A program made the translations under genes and the position numbers. The notes under the pieces are model-generated. The model was not told where the DNA came from. It searched no databases and was given only the letters and a program-made list of their open reading frames with translations. Shown in pieces: positions 35,327 to 45,352 of a stretch of 64,000 bases of DNA. Position 1 is the stretch's first letter. The number at the start of each line of letters is the position of its first letter. This DNA comes from a virus (Duplodnaviria; Heunggongvirae; Uroviricota; Caudoviricetes), in IMG/VR virus record IMGVR_UViG_3300031994_000001, positions 119,799 through 183,798 of that record; one strand, given 5' to 3'.

Positions 35327-37534
35327 TTATTGTTTTTCAAATCCGTTGCTTTTGAGGAATTTTTTGATTGTAGGCAGTTCATACAACTGCTCTGGACCGA
35401 TGTTGTACTTAATCAATTCCTCCCTTGCGCCGTCATCCATTTTGCGTATTTCCTCATATCCCGTGAGGTATGAACTGTCAAGCGAAGTCGCGTAGTTCTC
35501 GTTCCAAAACACGATACGCATAGCCCTAATGATTCCAATGAGGGCATCGTCCATTTTGGATTCGGTCATCTTCATAATCTTTTTCACGAGTTCGTCAGTT
35601 GACATAGTGAACAAGTGCTTCAGTATGATGATTTTCTTCGAGATGTAGAACATAATGTTCGGCTTCGGCTTCGGCGATTTGTCAAGGGAATTGTAGATTG
35701 CCATACCCTCGTCATACTTGCCCGCGCCGTGGAGACCGTATAGAAACAGATTCAACCCCGTCTTTATTCCGCTGTCCTTTCTCGCAACGTGGGTGTTCAC
35801 TTCGTGGCGTTTGAGTGAGTCAATGTCAACCTTGCTGAAGTTGCTGTGGGCGTTTATGAGGAATTTCTTGTATGTCTTGACGCTCATTCTCGGAACGAGG
35901 TTGTCATCAAGTTCGACTTCCCAATTATACCCTTTTTTCTTTATTTCTTCCTCCATCTCCTTTTTAGCCTCTTTCGGGGTTATGGTGCGCTTGTAGTCTT
36001 TGTCTTTTTTCTCCAGGTCGTGTATGTCGTCCACGGGGTTTTCCTTGATGTATTTCAATGCCTTGTGATAAAGGTAGTTTGACGGACGGTAGAAGTTCTT
36101 TGGAAGTTTGCGCTTGCCGTTCACGTAGTCGTGTATGTATTCTATGTTCTTTTTCACGATTTCGAGTTTGTCAAGGTAGAATTTTGTGAGGTAGCAGGCT
36201 TGGAACTCGCGGAAATCGTCAATGAGTGATTCCACGTCATCCATAAACGTCTTGTATTGTTTTTCGTCACTCCAAGCGGATTTTTCGTATTCGATTTTAT
36301 CGAATGTCAAGTCGTAGTCATCGTCCTCGCGCAAGTGCTTTTTATACCTGCTTATGAGTTCGCTCATATTGGTTATGTTTTGGAAGTGGGATTTTTCCTT
36401 GTGGTATTTGTCCATTATCTTCCCGTAACGCTTGTCGTATTCGATAAGTTTCTCCTTGTTCTTGTCGGATAATTTTATTTTCTCGTCTATGTAGTCGTTC
36501 ACTGATTCAAGCACGAACACGTTACCGTATTCACTGCGAACCAAGTCACGCTGCTGAAGTTCGTTGTCTGTGAGGTCGTCAAACGGAACAACCCTAACGT
36601 TTCTGTTGTTGTCGTCATAGCAGATATAGTTGAGGTCGGTCTTTATGTCGGTTATGCCGATAACACCGCTCGGACTTTTCACTACATTGAACGAAAGCAT
36701 ACCTCCGACACGCTTTGCGGTCTCGTTACCTTTTTGGCGGGCGACACAGTTTCCAAGTGAATATGCGCAGAGAGTCCTGCCTCTGTCGCCAACCCATCTG
36801 ACGGGTTGCACAACGTGCGGGTGTGTTCCGATGATTATGTTCACTCCGAGTTGGGAGAGATATTCGGATATGTGACGCTGCTCCTTGTTGATGTCGCCGA
36901 GCATATATTCAGTACCCCAATGCAGGGAGACTATCACGACATCGGCGTTCTTGCGGGCGTACATAATATCCCTTACACCGAACTGCTCGTCCCAAATGTT
37001 GATGCCGCTTACCCGTTTCTTGCGCATAGTGTTCACCCGTGTGGTGTATGAAACGAAAGCGAACACGATTCCGTTCTTTGTAAAAAACGATACCCTTGAT
37101 TCGGGGCTGTTTTCATCAAGACCCGAACACACAGCCCCGCTTGAATACCAAAACTTTCTGTTCTGTTCCAAGCCGTCCAATCCGTTGTCGATGACGTGGT
37201 TGTTGGCAAGTGAGATGAGGTTGAACCCTGCGTCAAGTATGGCATCGCCGAAATTGGTGTCCGCAGCGAACAGAGCAGTACCCATTTCACCCAATTCTCC
37301 GCCGTGCTTGCTGTCGCATATAGGGGTTTCGGCGTTGCAGTATCTTATGTCGTATTGCTGTATCTTCGGTTTTAGTGCGCTGAACACATCGCTGTAATCA
37401 TACCCGTTTTCCGCAGCGTCATTCTGTATGTCCGTATGGGCGAGCATATCGCCGACAGCCACGAAACTGACTATGGCGTTTTCGGAGTTTGCTGATTCAT
37501 TTACGAATTTGTCGTATGTCTTAATGTAGTTCAT
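35327..37534 (-). CDS. CapA/PGA_cap-like metallophosphoesterase domain (N-terminal ~380 aa) fused to a ~350-aa C-terminal domain of unknown function; N-terminus MNYIKTYDKFVNES weakly resembles the leader
   Basis: AVGDMLAHTDI...ADTNFGDAILDAGFNLISLANNHVIDNG...VSLHWGTEYMLGDINKEQR...IIGTHPHVVQP matches CapA-family motifs (SLHWGTEY, GHHPHV). Confidence 0.6.
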   Translation of the reverse strand: MNYIKTYDKFVNESANSENAIVSFVAVGDMLAHTDIQNDAAENGYDYSDVFSALKPKIQQYDIRYCNAETPICDSKHGGELGEMGTALFAADTNFGDAILDAGFNLISLANNHVIDNGLDGLEQNRKFWYSSGAVCSGLDENSPESRVSFFTKNGIVFAFVSYTTRVNTMRKKRVSGINIWDEQFGVRDIMYARKNADVVIVSLHWGTEYMLGDINKEQRHISEYLSQLGVNIIIGTHPHVVQPVRWVGDRGRTLCAYSLGNCVARQKGNETAKRVGGMLSFNVVKSPSGVIGITDIKTDLNYICYDDNNRNVRVVPFDDLTDNELQQRDLVRSEYGNVFVLESVNDYIDEKIKLSDKNKEKLIEYDKRYGKIMDKYHKEKSHFQNITNMSELISRYKKHLREDDDYDLTFDKIEYEKSAWSDEKQYKTFMDDVESLIDDFREFQACYLTKFYLDKLEIVKKNIEYIHDYVNGKRKLPKNFYRPSNYLYHKALKYIKENPVDDIHDLEKKDKDYKRTITPKEAKKEMEEEIKKKGYNWEVELDDNLVPRMSVKTYKKFLINAHSNFSKVDIDSLKRHEVNTHVARKDSGIKTGLNLFLYGLHGAGKYDEGMAIYNSLDKSPKPKPNIMFYISKKIIILKHLFTMSTDELVKKIMKMTESKMDDALIGIIRAMRIVFWNENYATSLDSSYLTGYEEIRKMDDGAREELIKYNIGPEQLYELPTIKKFLKSNGFEKQ

Positions 37535-37681
37535 TGCTTGTATATATGTTATGTATATGATTTATATGATTTAAGAGTTGTGTTTTGGTTTTACGAGTGA
37601 TTTTCTTCCAAGTATTTCAAACATATCTTGGGATTTTATATTATTTATAAATATATCGTACTTTACAATAAGAATGAAACT

Positions 37682-39199
37682 ATGGAAAAATATGTTTTAC
37701 TGTCGGAAGACTATCTGAATTTGAGAGAGGAAGAAATTGAGGAAGCCAAGATGTTGGCGGAGGGTTGGAATCCATTAAAGATATTCGGAAGAAAAACGGG
37801 TGCGCTCACGAGCCAAATGCTCGGAGGTACAAAGAGAATGGGTACGGAAACATTCAACAATATTAACGAGAATGTCCGTATCATAGAGGAACTGATTGAC
37901 AAATGGAACAAGGAACACGAGGACAGCAAGCAGTACAGCGGCCCGCTCGCCCTCAAGATAGACAAGGCTAAACTTGACTTGACCCATCTTATTTCGCTTA
38001 CCTATGTCAGTACGGCTACCTTTATGGCTGACATATTCATCGGCAACCTTTTGAACTACCGTATGCTTATCAGACCTATAAGAAACGCCAAGATTATCAC
38101 ACTCGGTTACAAATACTATCTCGCAATCATACGCTCCGCTTTGCAGCAGGCACTTATCACTCTTGAATTTTCATCCGATATGTTCTTCTCGCAGTTGTCT
38201 ATGTGCATAACAAGCAGCCGCAAGAAAATGAGGGAACTGCACGGTCGTATCTTTGACGAGGCTTACCGTTCTATGATGAACCTCATCCAAGGTTCTCGTT
38301 ACCAAGACGAGGATAACAAATTCAAGAATCTGACAAAGAAAGAGATTGAGGAAATCGGTAAACTGTACCGCTCACTCTTGCAGAACGACAAGCAGTATTT
38401 TACCCAAATGTACGGCAGCAACAGCGGTATGAACCAAAACATATTCATTGAAAGCGGTCGTAATGTTGAGGCTCTTATCCGTGCCAACCAAGACAAGGAG
38501 ATTCAGTCTCTTGCCGAACAGTTCAATACAATGGCTAACACGGCAAAGCAGGAAGCGAAGGAAATGGCTACAAACTATGTCAATTTGGTCAAATCTTCTG
38601 CGGAGGCAAGGGCGCAACGTGTTGCGGCGCAGATAAATATGAATATGATTGACGTTCTCAAAATGTTCAGTCTGCGTAACTTGGAGAATTACAGTTCCAT
38701 TTTCGAGAATATGGACGATGTTGTTGAAAACAACTCAAAACTCCAAGCGGAATTGGACGACAGCAAGAAAGCGTACCAAGACTTGCTCAACAAGAAAGCG
38801 AAAGACGAGAGCGAGGGTATCAAGTTCACGGAGGAAGAGCAGGCGGAAATTCGTGGTAAATGGGACAGAAAGGGTATTGACGAACTGTTCGGAGACCCGA
38901 AAGAATATGATAACCTCATCAACGGAAAACTTGACATTCGTGAATATATGCAGAAGAAACTATTTACTGAAACGCAGGTGTCTAACATTGTTGACGGAGA
39001 TGACAAAGTTGACGACTATGCACATATCACAATGTCCGAACTGAAAGAATACAACAAAGAACACGAGGACGAACCGCTCAATCTTGTCGGTGCTAAAAAT
39101 GTAAAGGATTACAAAATTGAAGATGGCGATAGCGACAAATATGTCGGATGGCTCAAAAAATCTTCAAAGGCGTATAAAAATATGACATCTAACAAATAA
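37682..39199 (+). CDS. hypothetical coiled-coil protein (506 aa)
   Basis: ORF from ATG 37682 (the track ORF starts at an upstream ATG, 37628); TATAAATA at 37645-37652. Confidence 0.5.
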   Translation: MEKYVLLSEDYLNLREEEIEEAKMLAEGWNPLKIFGRKTGALTSQMLGGTKRMGTETFNNINENVRIIEELIDKWNKEHEDSKQYSGPLALKIDKAKLDLTHLISLTYVSTATFMADIFIGNLLNYRMLIRPIRNAKIITLGYKYYLAIIRSALQQALITLEFSSDMFFSQLSMCITSSRKKMRELHGRIFDEAYRSMMNLIQGSRYQDEDNKFKNLTKKEIEEIGKLYRSLLQNDKQYFTQMYGSNSGMNQNIFIESGRNVEALIRANQDKEIQSLAEQFNTMANTAKQEAKEMATNYVNLVKSSAEARAQRVAAQINMNMIDVLKMFSLRNLENYSSIFENMDDVVENNSKLQAELDDSKKAYQDLLNKKAKDESEGIKFTEEEQAEIRGKWDRKGIDELFGDPKEYDNLINGKLDIREYMQKKLFTETQVSNIVDGDDKVDDYAHITMSELKEYNKEHEDEPLNLVGAKNVKDYKIEDGDSDKYVGWLKKSSKAYKNMTSNK

Positions 39200-39206
39200 C
39201 GAAATT

Positions 39207-40778
39207 ATGTCTTTTCACACTTCATCTTTGCAAGAACTTATAAAATTTAGGGTTGAGGTCGGTCGTGAACTCACACATACGGAGGTTGACACCAACTTCA
39301 AAAAAGTGGCTAACCCTTGGAACAGCCTGCGTGATTATTTTTCGCAGGACATTGTTTATTACGGCGGTGAGAACGACTTGACGTTGTATATGTATTGCGA
39401 TACGGGAAGTACACTTGTTCCCGCAGAAAGTAATCTTGCACCACCTAATAATTTATTTAATAGTGGAACGGGAAAAGGTTGGATTCCGTTTAACGGCGGA
39501 GGCGGCGGTGGAGGCGGTGCGCAGGGCGCACAAGGCGTTCAAGGCACACAAGGTGTCCAAGGCATTCAAGGTGTCCAAGGTGTTCAAGGTGTGCAGGGTG
39601 TTCAAGGTGTTCAAGGTACACAAGGTACACAAGGCATACAAGGCACAGAGGGTATTCAAGGTGCTGACGGAAAGCAGGGCGCACAAGGTACACAAGGCAC
39701 AACGGGTCAAAAGGGTGAGGACGGAGAGCCTGGAACCCCAGGCATCCAAGGTGCAACGGGTTCACAAGGTGTCGCGGGTGAAGCGACTGTCTATATAGAA
39801 GATACCGAAGAATATATCCGTATATACCAAGGTGCGCAAGGTGCAAATGGTGCTGACGGCGCACAAGGCGCACAAGGTTTGCAGGGCATACAAGGTACGC
39901 AGGGCGCACAAGGTTTGCAGGGTATGCAAGGTTCGCAAGGTCTGCAAGGTGAAAAGGGCGAGGCTTTTGTTTACCAAGGCGACCAATATATTCAAATCGT
40001 GCAGGGTGTTCAAGGCGTTGAAGGCATACAAGGCATCCAAGGCGTTGAAGGCTTGCAGGGCATAGCAGGCGAGTTCGCCGCACAAGGTGTGCAGGGTGTT
40101 CAAGGTACTGAAGGATTCCAAGGCGAGCAAGGTGTTGAAGGTCTGCAAGGCGAGCAAGGCTTGCAAGGTGAGCAGGGTTATGACGGCGAGCAGGGAATCC
40201 AAGGTCTGCAAGGTGAACAAGGATTGCAGGGTAATACGGGTTACGGCGAAGCGGGGCCGATGGGCGCACAAGGTCTCCAAGGTCTCCAAGGTGTTCAAGG
40301 CGTTCAAGGTCTGCAAGGTGTCCAAGGTATAATCGGTATAGGAAAATCCGTTTATGAGATTTGGGTTGAGACTATGCAGCCTACCGACCCGTCATTCGAG
40401 AATTTCCTTCACACAATACAAGGTGTGCAAGGCGCAAGCGGAAAAAGCGGAGGAAGTGGCGGCGGTGGCGGCTGCGGCTGCGGTTGCGGCTGCGGCGGTG
40501 ACGACTGCGAAGTAAATGAGACTTTGGTGCAACTCGTTCCGCCTGGCGAGACAATGACATTTGACTTTTCCGATTTGATTTACGAGTATTGGAACGACAA
40601 TATCCAAATGTATATGAACTTGGCTACTCCGAGCGGATTGTTCATTATGACCGACACTTCGTTGGAGTTCACCAACCCGTCATCTTCTGACATTGCGGTT
40701 GTGTCTGTCGCTTATTCATACTTCAAGTCGGGCAACTACATATTGCTGTCACCAACGGTGTTCGCACCTATTAAATAA
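39207..40778 (+). CDS. collagen-like (Gly-X-Gln) repeat protein, putative tail fibre
   Basis: GGGGGGGG, then about 90 Gly-X-Y triplets with Y nearly always Gln ([15 protein letters not shown]...), two short interruptions ([30 protein letters not shown]), then [22 protein letters not shown] and a non-repetitive C-domain. Confidence 0.65.
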   Translation: MSFHTSSLQELIKFRVEVGRELTHTEVDTNFKKVANPWNSLRDYFSQDIVYYGGENDLTLYMYCDTGSTLVPAESNLAPPNNLFNSGTGKGWIPFNGGGGGGGGAQGAQGVQGTQGVQGIQGVQGVQGVQGVQGVQGTQGTQGIQGTEGIQGADGKQGAQGTQGTTGQKGEDGEPGTPGIQGATGSQGVAGEATVYIEDTEEYIRIYQGAQGANGADGAQGAQGLQGIQGTQGAQGLQGMQGSQGLQGEKGEAFVYQGDQYIQIVQGVQGVEGIQGIQGVEGLQGIAGEFAAQGVQGVQGTEGFQGEQGVEGLQGEQGLQGEQGYDGEQGIQGLQGEQGLQGNTGYGEAGPMGAQGLQGLQGVQGVQGLQGVQGIIGIGKSVYEIWVETMQPTDPSFENFLHTIQGVQGASGKSGGSGGGGGCGCGCGCGGDDCEVNETLVQLVPPGETMTFDFSDLIYEYWNDNIQMYMNLATPSGLFIMTDTSLEFTNPSSSDIAVVSVAYSYFKSGNYILLSPTVFAPIK

Positions 40779-40795
40779 TTTGAAATATTGTTGAT

Positions 40796-41734
40796 ATGGC
40801 AAACGCAGCAAAAGGAAACGGTTTGAGCAGGAATACTGTTCAATGGAAAAGCAGTTTTGTTAAGGTATCCGAAACACAGTACAAGATGATTTTGGAAGGC
40901 ACGTTCTATCCGTTGGACTTTCGGAAGTACAATATGGATATAATAAGCAGACCAGAGGGGGAGGGTGCTACATCGCCAGCTATGCACGAATTTTTGGATA
41001 ACCAACTCGGAAACTTTGTTTTTGCAACGCTATACAATTATGCGCCGTTTGTGTTTCTGAAATCTGTCAATGAGGGTCTTTACACAAATGTCAAAGATTA
41101 CGCATACGATGAACTTGGACATTTTGACGAAATTTCAATGTCGCCGACAATAGACAAAACAAAGTTCTACTATAACAATTTCAACGCGGCGGCTAAAAGG
41201 TTCATAACGGGTAACGAGGAATGGTACAACACTTATGTAGGTAGCGGATTCGGGTTCAACAATGCAATCAACACTTGTATGTTTTTTGGTGCTGATGTTG
41301 TGGTTGAATCTATGGGCGGCAGAAGTTTCGCATTTGACAACTTCAATAAGATTCTCGTTGATTTGAAGGCAAACGGTGAACAGAGCGAATATTATGATAG
41401 TTATTTGGTTTACCCGAAACAGCAGGTATATACGGTTAGGATAGTAAAGACGATAACAGTAGCCGATGAGGACAGAACCTATGCTATATGTTATGTGAAC
41501 CCGTATTCGGAATATCCAACGGTTGACTTGTATTATACTAAAAAAACAACGTCACCGACACACACAAAGAACTATATCATTGATACGAACTCTCTCACAT
41601 ATACAAGCAGTTATGTGAATCTGAACTTCAAGGGCGGCATATCGCCCGCCACTATGGAGGTGAATACAAAAAACAAGAAATACAAAAGAAAAAAGGCGAA
41701 GATAGTCTTCAAGGTTAAAAGAATTGTTGAGTAA
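40796..41734 (+). CDS. hypothetical protein (312 aa), probably structural
   Basis: ORF between fibre-like genes; no motif. Confidence 0.45.
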   Translation: MANAAKGNGLSRNTVQWKSSFVKVSETQYKMILEGTFYPLDFRKYNMDIISRPEGEGATSPAMHEFLDNQLGNFVFATLYNYAPFVFLKSVNEGLYTNVKDYAYDELGHFDEISMSPTIDKTKFYYNNFNAAAKRFITGNEEWYNTYVGSGFGFNNAINTCMFFGADVVVESMGGRSFAFDNFNKILVDLKANGEQSEYYDSYLVYPKQQVYTVRIVKTITVADEDRTYAICYVNPYSEYPTVDLYYTKKTTSPTHTKNYIIDTNSLTYTSSYVNLNFKGGISPATMEVNTKNKKYKRKKAKIVFKVKRIVE

Positions 41735-44700
41735 TGGAAGCAAGGGATTTAATGTTTTTTGACAAGAACGGCAGTAACTACGGATTCGTGTTCAACGAGG
41801 AAACGGGTCTGTGGGGCGGCAGCATATTCATTGATAAGGTGTCAAGGGGGTTGTTCGAGACACAGAAGATTGTCATATTGCAAAAATATCCAAAAAAAGC
41901 CGAATCGTTTGACAACAGCGGAGTGCCGACAACAGACAACCCAAGCGGATTGGTTCGCCCCGTTTACACTTACCAATACGGAAAGCCAAATGGCGATTCT
42001 GACGAATGCTATCTGTTCGAGTGGGATGACAGCACAAAGGAAGTTGACGAAATCCGTCTGTATGGCATAGATTTGGAGAATGAGTGCGACCAAACACCCG
42101 ACACATCTTCGCTTGACTACAATGAGTACACCTGCCCGACTGTTGATTTTATTGATTCTTTTGTGGTCGGGTGTACAACGCAGACATTGAACGTGTCGCC
42201 AAGCAGTTACACTATGGATGATGAGACTGTGTATGTGAACGATTATAGCGATATAACGGACACTGACGCGGCATTCCTTGACATCTGCTTCTGCAACACG
42301 GACGACCAATACAACACATTCAGACGCGACCTTATGCTTTACACGGGCAGGATTGTAGGATACGATGCCGATAACAAGCCAATCATTGACAATAAGGTTC
42401 TTGTTGGCGTGTTCAGTGTATATGCTGAATCGGTTGAGGAAGACGAGCGTCTTTCCGTGTTGTGCGCCAATCTCGGTTACAACATAAACAACGCTGATTT
42501 CAGCATATTCAAGGAAACTGACATAAAGGAACAACTCATTGACTACGACTTCATAAATCTCAAACGCAAGGAGATTCTTATGGAGGGTCACAATATATAC
42601 CCGTATGTAGGCTCATACAAATCTGTTTTGAATGCCATACGGTATTTCGGATATGATAATGTATCCATCAAGGAATGGTGGAAGAATGTGAACATCAACT
42701 CGCAGGATTACGGCAAGTATTTCCTTGCAACGAGTTATTCACTTGAAAACAGAGAAATCATAAAGGGTAAGAACAATCTGTCTCTGCCAAACAAGAATTT
42801 CAGAAAAACCCCGAAGATAACGCTTGCATACAAGATAAACTCCGTTGATTCATTGCAGCAGGCACAGTCATCTTATTACGGTCACGGCTATCCGCAGACA
42901 AATGAGAATTTCGACTACACGATAGAGGAGGCTGTAATCAAGTTGTACGGTTTGAAACGCAAACTTGACAAAGAGTTCCTGCCGATGTCAACGCGGATAG
43001 TTGACATTGTTGGCGAGGCTGACGCTTTCTATGTGAACACGGTTCGGCACGTTATGACTGCCAATATGACAGAGAACACATACGCGGGTAACAAGTACGA
43101 CTTTGATGTCGAAAACGGTGACGAGGAAAACACATTCTATTTGGAAGACCTGCGTCCGTTTGGACTTCACGCATTGGACGACTCGAATTGGTCGGGCGAC
43201 AATATGGTCGGCGAATCTTCAGACACCCCGCACTATATAGGTGGAAACCCTCCGACAAAATCGTTGGTGTCGGCAGACCCGAACCCGTCATTGCAAGAAC
43301 TCGGTATGCAGAACTTGTCTGACTTCAACACGAACTTCGACACAACCACACATCCTATGTCATCCTCATTGATTCCCGTTGCGGGAGACAAAGAGGACGT
43401 AGCGGGATTGCAGGCAGTCTTTCCTGCCGTAGTTCCGCCAAACGATGCTTATCCGAAAATCCTCGGAGCGGGTTACAATGAGAACGCGCCGTGGAACTAT
43501 TACGAATATTACCTTGACCAATTAAACGAGCAGGGTTTGACGCACACGAACTATTACCTTGCTCATTTCAGCGACTACTATCCGAATTTGAAGCACAATT
43601 CAGTTCCCGCCAACACATTCGACTATGACAGCGCGGAATACTTGCCCGACACCGAATATGCTGTATCGGGTGCGCTTGTGCGCCTTGTGCTGAAGAATGC
43701 GGGTGAGACTTGTTCAAGGATAAAGTGGGATATTTACAAGGGCGAGACCGACACCCCCGAATTTCACGCGCAGATTTTCGGTATGTATTCTGACGGGTAT
43801 GGGGATATCGGAGTGGTGCTTCCATACGTGGGAACATACGATGTCGTTATGACTGTGTTCGGCTTTGACAATTCAATATCAGTCAAGACCAAGCAGAATT
43901 GTATAATCGTAGAGCCGAAAGAGGTTGAGATGACGGGTTGGTGTGTTATGGCTCGTGAATACTGCACTTGGAACACAGACATTTGTTGGGATGACGCTAC
44001 CTTTGAATGGAGACTTCCCATAATCAACGATTCTGCGACTTCCGAAAACAAGAGTGCGTCATACGAAAGTATGGATAGGGCTACTTTCATCGGCGACTAT
44101 CTTGAAGAGGAAGACCCCGACAGTTCAATGTACGCATACGAATTTGAGGATTCCTATGTAGGTTTGCAGGGCATACAAGAACCGATTGGCTATGGCGCGA
44201 AGTTGGTTTCACCTGGCCCCTATTTTTGGAACAACATCAAAGATTGCACTTGGGACGACCTCAACCACTTGTGGTGGGACGCTATGTGCATAAGTGGCGA
44301 CCTACCTGCTTATATGGACTTCGGTTATTTTGATATGAATGGCAACTGTACGAGTTCGCCCGACAATTCAGACACGCTTCTCGGAAATTGGTTGGAGATT
44401 GTCACGGCGGATTACAAATACGGTTCAATAAGAATACCGTCAAGTCTGTCGGGCGGTCTTACGCAAATGTCGGAGATTGTCCGTTTGCTGAACGCCTCAA
44501 CAGACCCCGTTATAAGCAGATACCATTATTCTTGGGTCTATGACTACACGGGCGGAATCGGTGATGCTGATATAGCACAGAATGAGCCGCTTGGATTCAA
44601 GATAACGGCTGTTGCAAAGACAACAAACAGAAGCGCGGACATACTTTATGCGGGAATCGTTGACGCTGCACACCACGCCACTGCGGACAACGGTATGCTT

Positions 44701-45045
44701 GTTGTCAAGAACAATGACACGAATCCGCAGAGAAATCAGTTCAGATACGCATCCAACACACTATCATACAACCCTAATTGGTTCAATTGTGTGTATATAA
44801 ATAATGTGACGAGAGTTCCGAGGTTTACCGATGTGAACTTTAACTATTCAAACTGCAAGATTGTCGGAAAGAAAAATCCGCATTGGGTCATTACAAACCT
44901 CAACACGGGTACTGTATTTGAATCCGACAAAAAGAACTTCCACAGATTGTTCAGAGAGCGTGGCTGCTACGAGGTTGCACTTACGCTCAATGACAACAAC
45001 GGTAACACATATACGGCAAAACGGAATATGCTTATAATAGAATAA
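41734..45045 (+). CDS. large protein (1103 aa), putative virion structural protein
   Basis: ATG overlaps the previous stop (TAATG); no motif. Confidence 0.5.
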   Translation: MEARDLMFFDKNGSNYGFVFNEETGLWGGSIFIDKVSRGLFETQKIVILQKYPKKAESFDNSGVPTTDNPSGLVRPVYTYQYGKPNGDSDECYLFEWDDSTKEVDEIRLYGIDLENECDQTPDTSSLDYNEYTCPTVDFIDSFVVGCTTQTLNVSPSSYTMDDETVYVNDYSDITDTDAAFLDICFCNTDDQYNTFRRDLMLYTGRIVGYDADNKPIIDNKVLVGVFSVYAESVEEDERLSVLCANLGYNINNADFSIFKETDIKEQLIDYDFINLKRKEILMEGHNIYPYVGSYKSVLNAIRYFGYDNVSIKEWWKNVNINSQDYGKYFLATSYSLENREIIKGKNNLSLPNKNFRKTPKITLAYKINSVDSLQQAQSSYYGHGYPQTNENFDYTIEEAVIKLYGLKRKLDKEFLPMSTRIVDIVGEADAFYVNTVRHVMTANMTENTYAGNKYDFDVENGDEENTFYLEDLRPFGLHALDDSNWSGDNMVGESSDTPHYIGGNPPTKSLVSADPNPSLQELGMQNLSDFNTNFDTTTHPMSSSLIPVAGDKEDVAGLQAVFPAVVPPNDAYPKILGAGYNENAPWNYYEYYLDQLNEQGLTHTNYYLAHFSDYYPNLKHNSVPANTFDYDSAEYLPDTEYAVSGALVRLVLKNAGETCSRIKWDIYKGETDTPEFHAQIFGMYSDGYGDIGVVLPYVGTYDVVMTVFGFDNSISVKTKQNCIIVEPKEVEMTGWCVMAREYCTWNTDICWDDATFEWRLPIINDSATSENKSASYESMDRATFIGDYLEEEDPDSSMYAYEFEDSYVGLQGIQEPIGYGAKLVSPGPYFWNNIKDCTWDDLNHLWWDAMCISGDLPAYMDFGYFDMNGNCTSSPDNSDTLLGNWLEIVTADYKYGSIRIPSSLSGGLTQMSEIVRLLNASTDPVISRYHYSWVYDYTGGIGDADIAQNEPLGFKITAVAKTTNRSADILYAGIVDAAHHATADNGMLVVKNNDTNPQRNQFRYASNTLSYNPNWFNCVYINNVTRVPRFTDVNFNYSNCKIVGKKNPHWVITNLNTGTVFESDKKNFHRLFRERGCYEVALTLNDNNGNTYTAKRNMLIIE

Positions 45046-45053
45046 TTTAAACT

Positions 45054-45242
45054 ATGTGCGAAACAATGAATCCGAATGTCCCCGCAGGAAGTATGGGGGA
45101 GATAAAGTTCCCGCAAGACGGGGAGTATGGCAGCGGTGATGTGATAGCGACACCCGCTCCGAAAAAGAAGAAACGTGTTCATAAGCAGAAACCTGCGAAA
45201 ACCGTTATGAACTTTGACGAATTTATAAAATCAAACAAGTAA
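45054..45242 (+). CDS. small basic protein (62 aa)
   Basis: ORF with a KKKKRVHKQKPAK segment. Confidence 0.35.
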   Translation: MCETMNPNVPAGSMGEIKFPQDGEYGSGDVIATPAPKKKKRVHKQKPAKTVMNFDEFIKSNK

Positions 45243-45352
45243 TGTAAACCACAATTTATATAAACGGCGATGTATTTGATATGTCGCCGTTGTTTGTTTG
45301 TGCGCACTGGATAAATATATATACTTTATAAATATAAGAAAGAATATTGATT

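Noticed and set aside
39415-40325. Multiple overlapping ORFs on both strands (127, 98, 259, 187, 77 and 81 aa) across the collagen-like region. I also considered whether this periodic repeat could be a CRISPR array.
   Set aside because: These are artefacts of the 9-nt Gly-X-Gln periodicity, which keeps several frames open. The repeats are contiguous and coding with no unique spacers, so this is not a CRISPR array. The same applies to the ORFs at 45429-46222.
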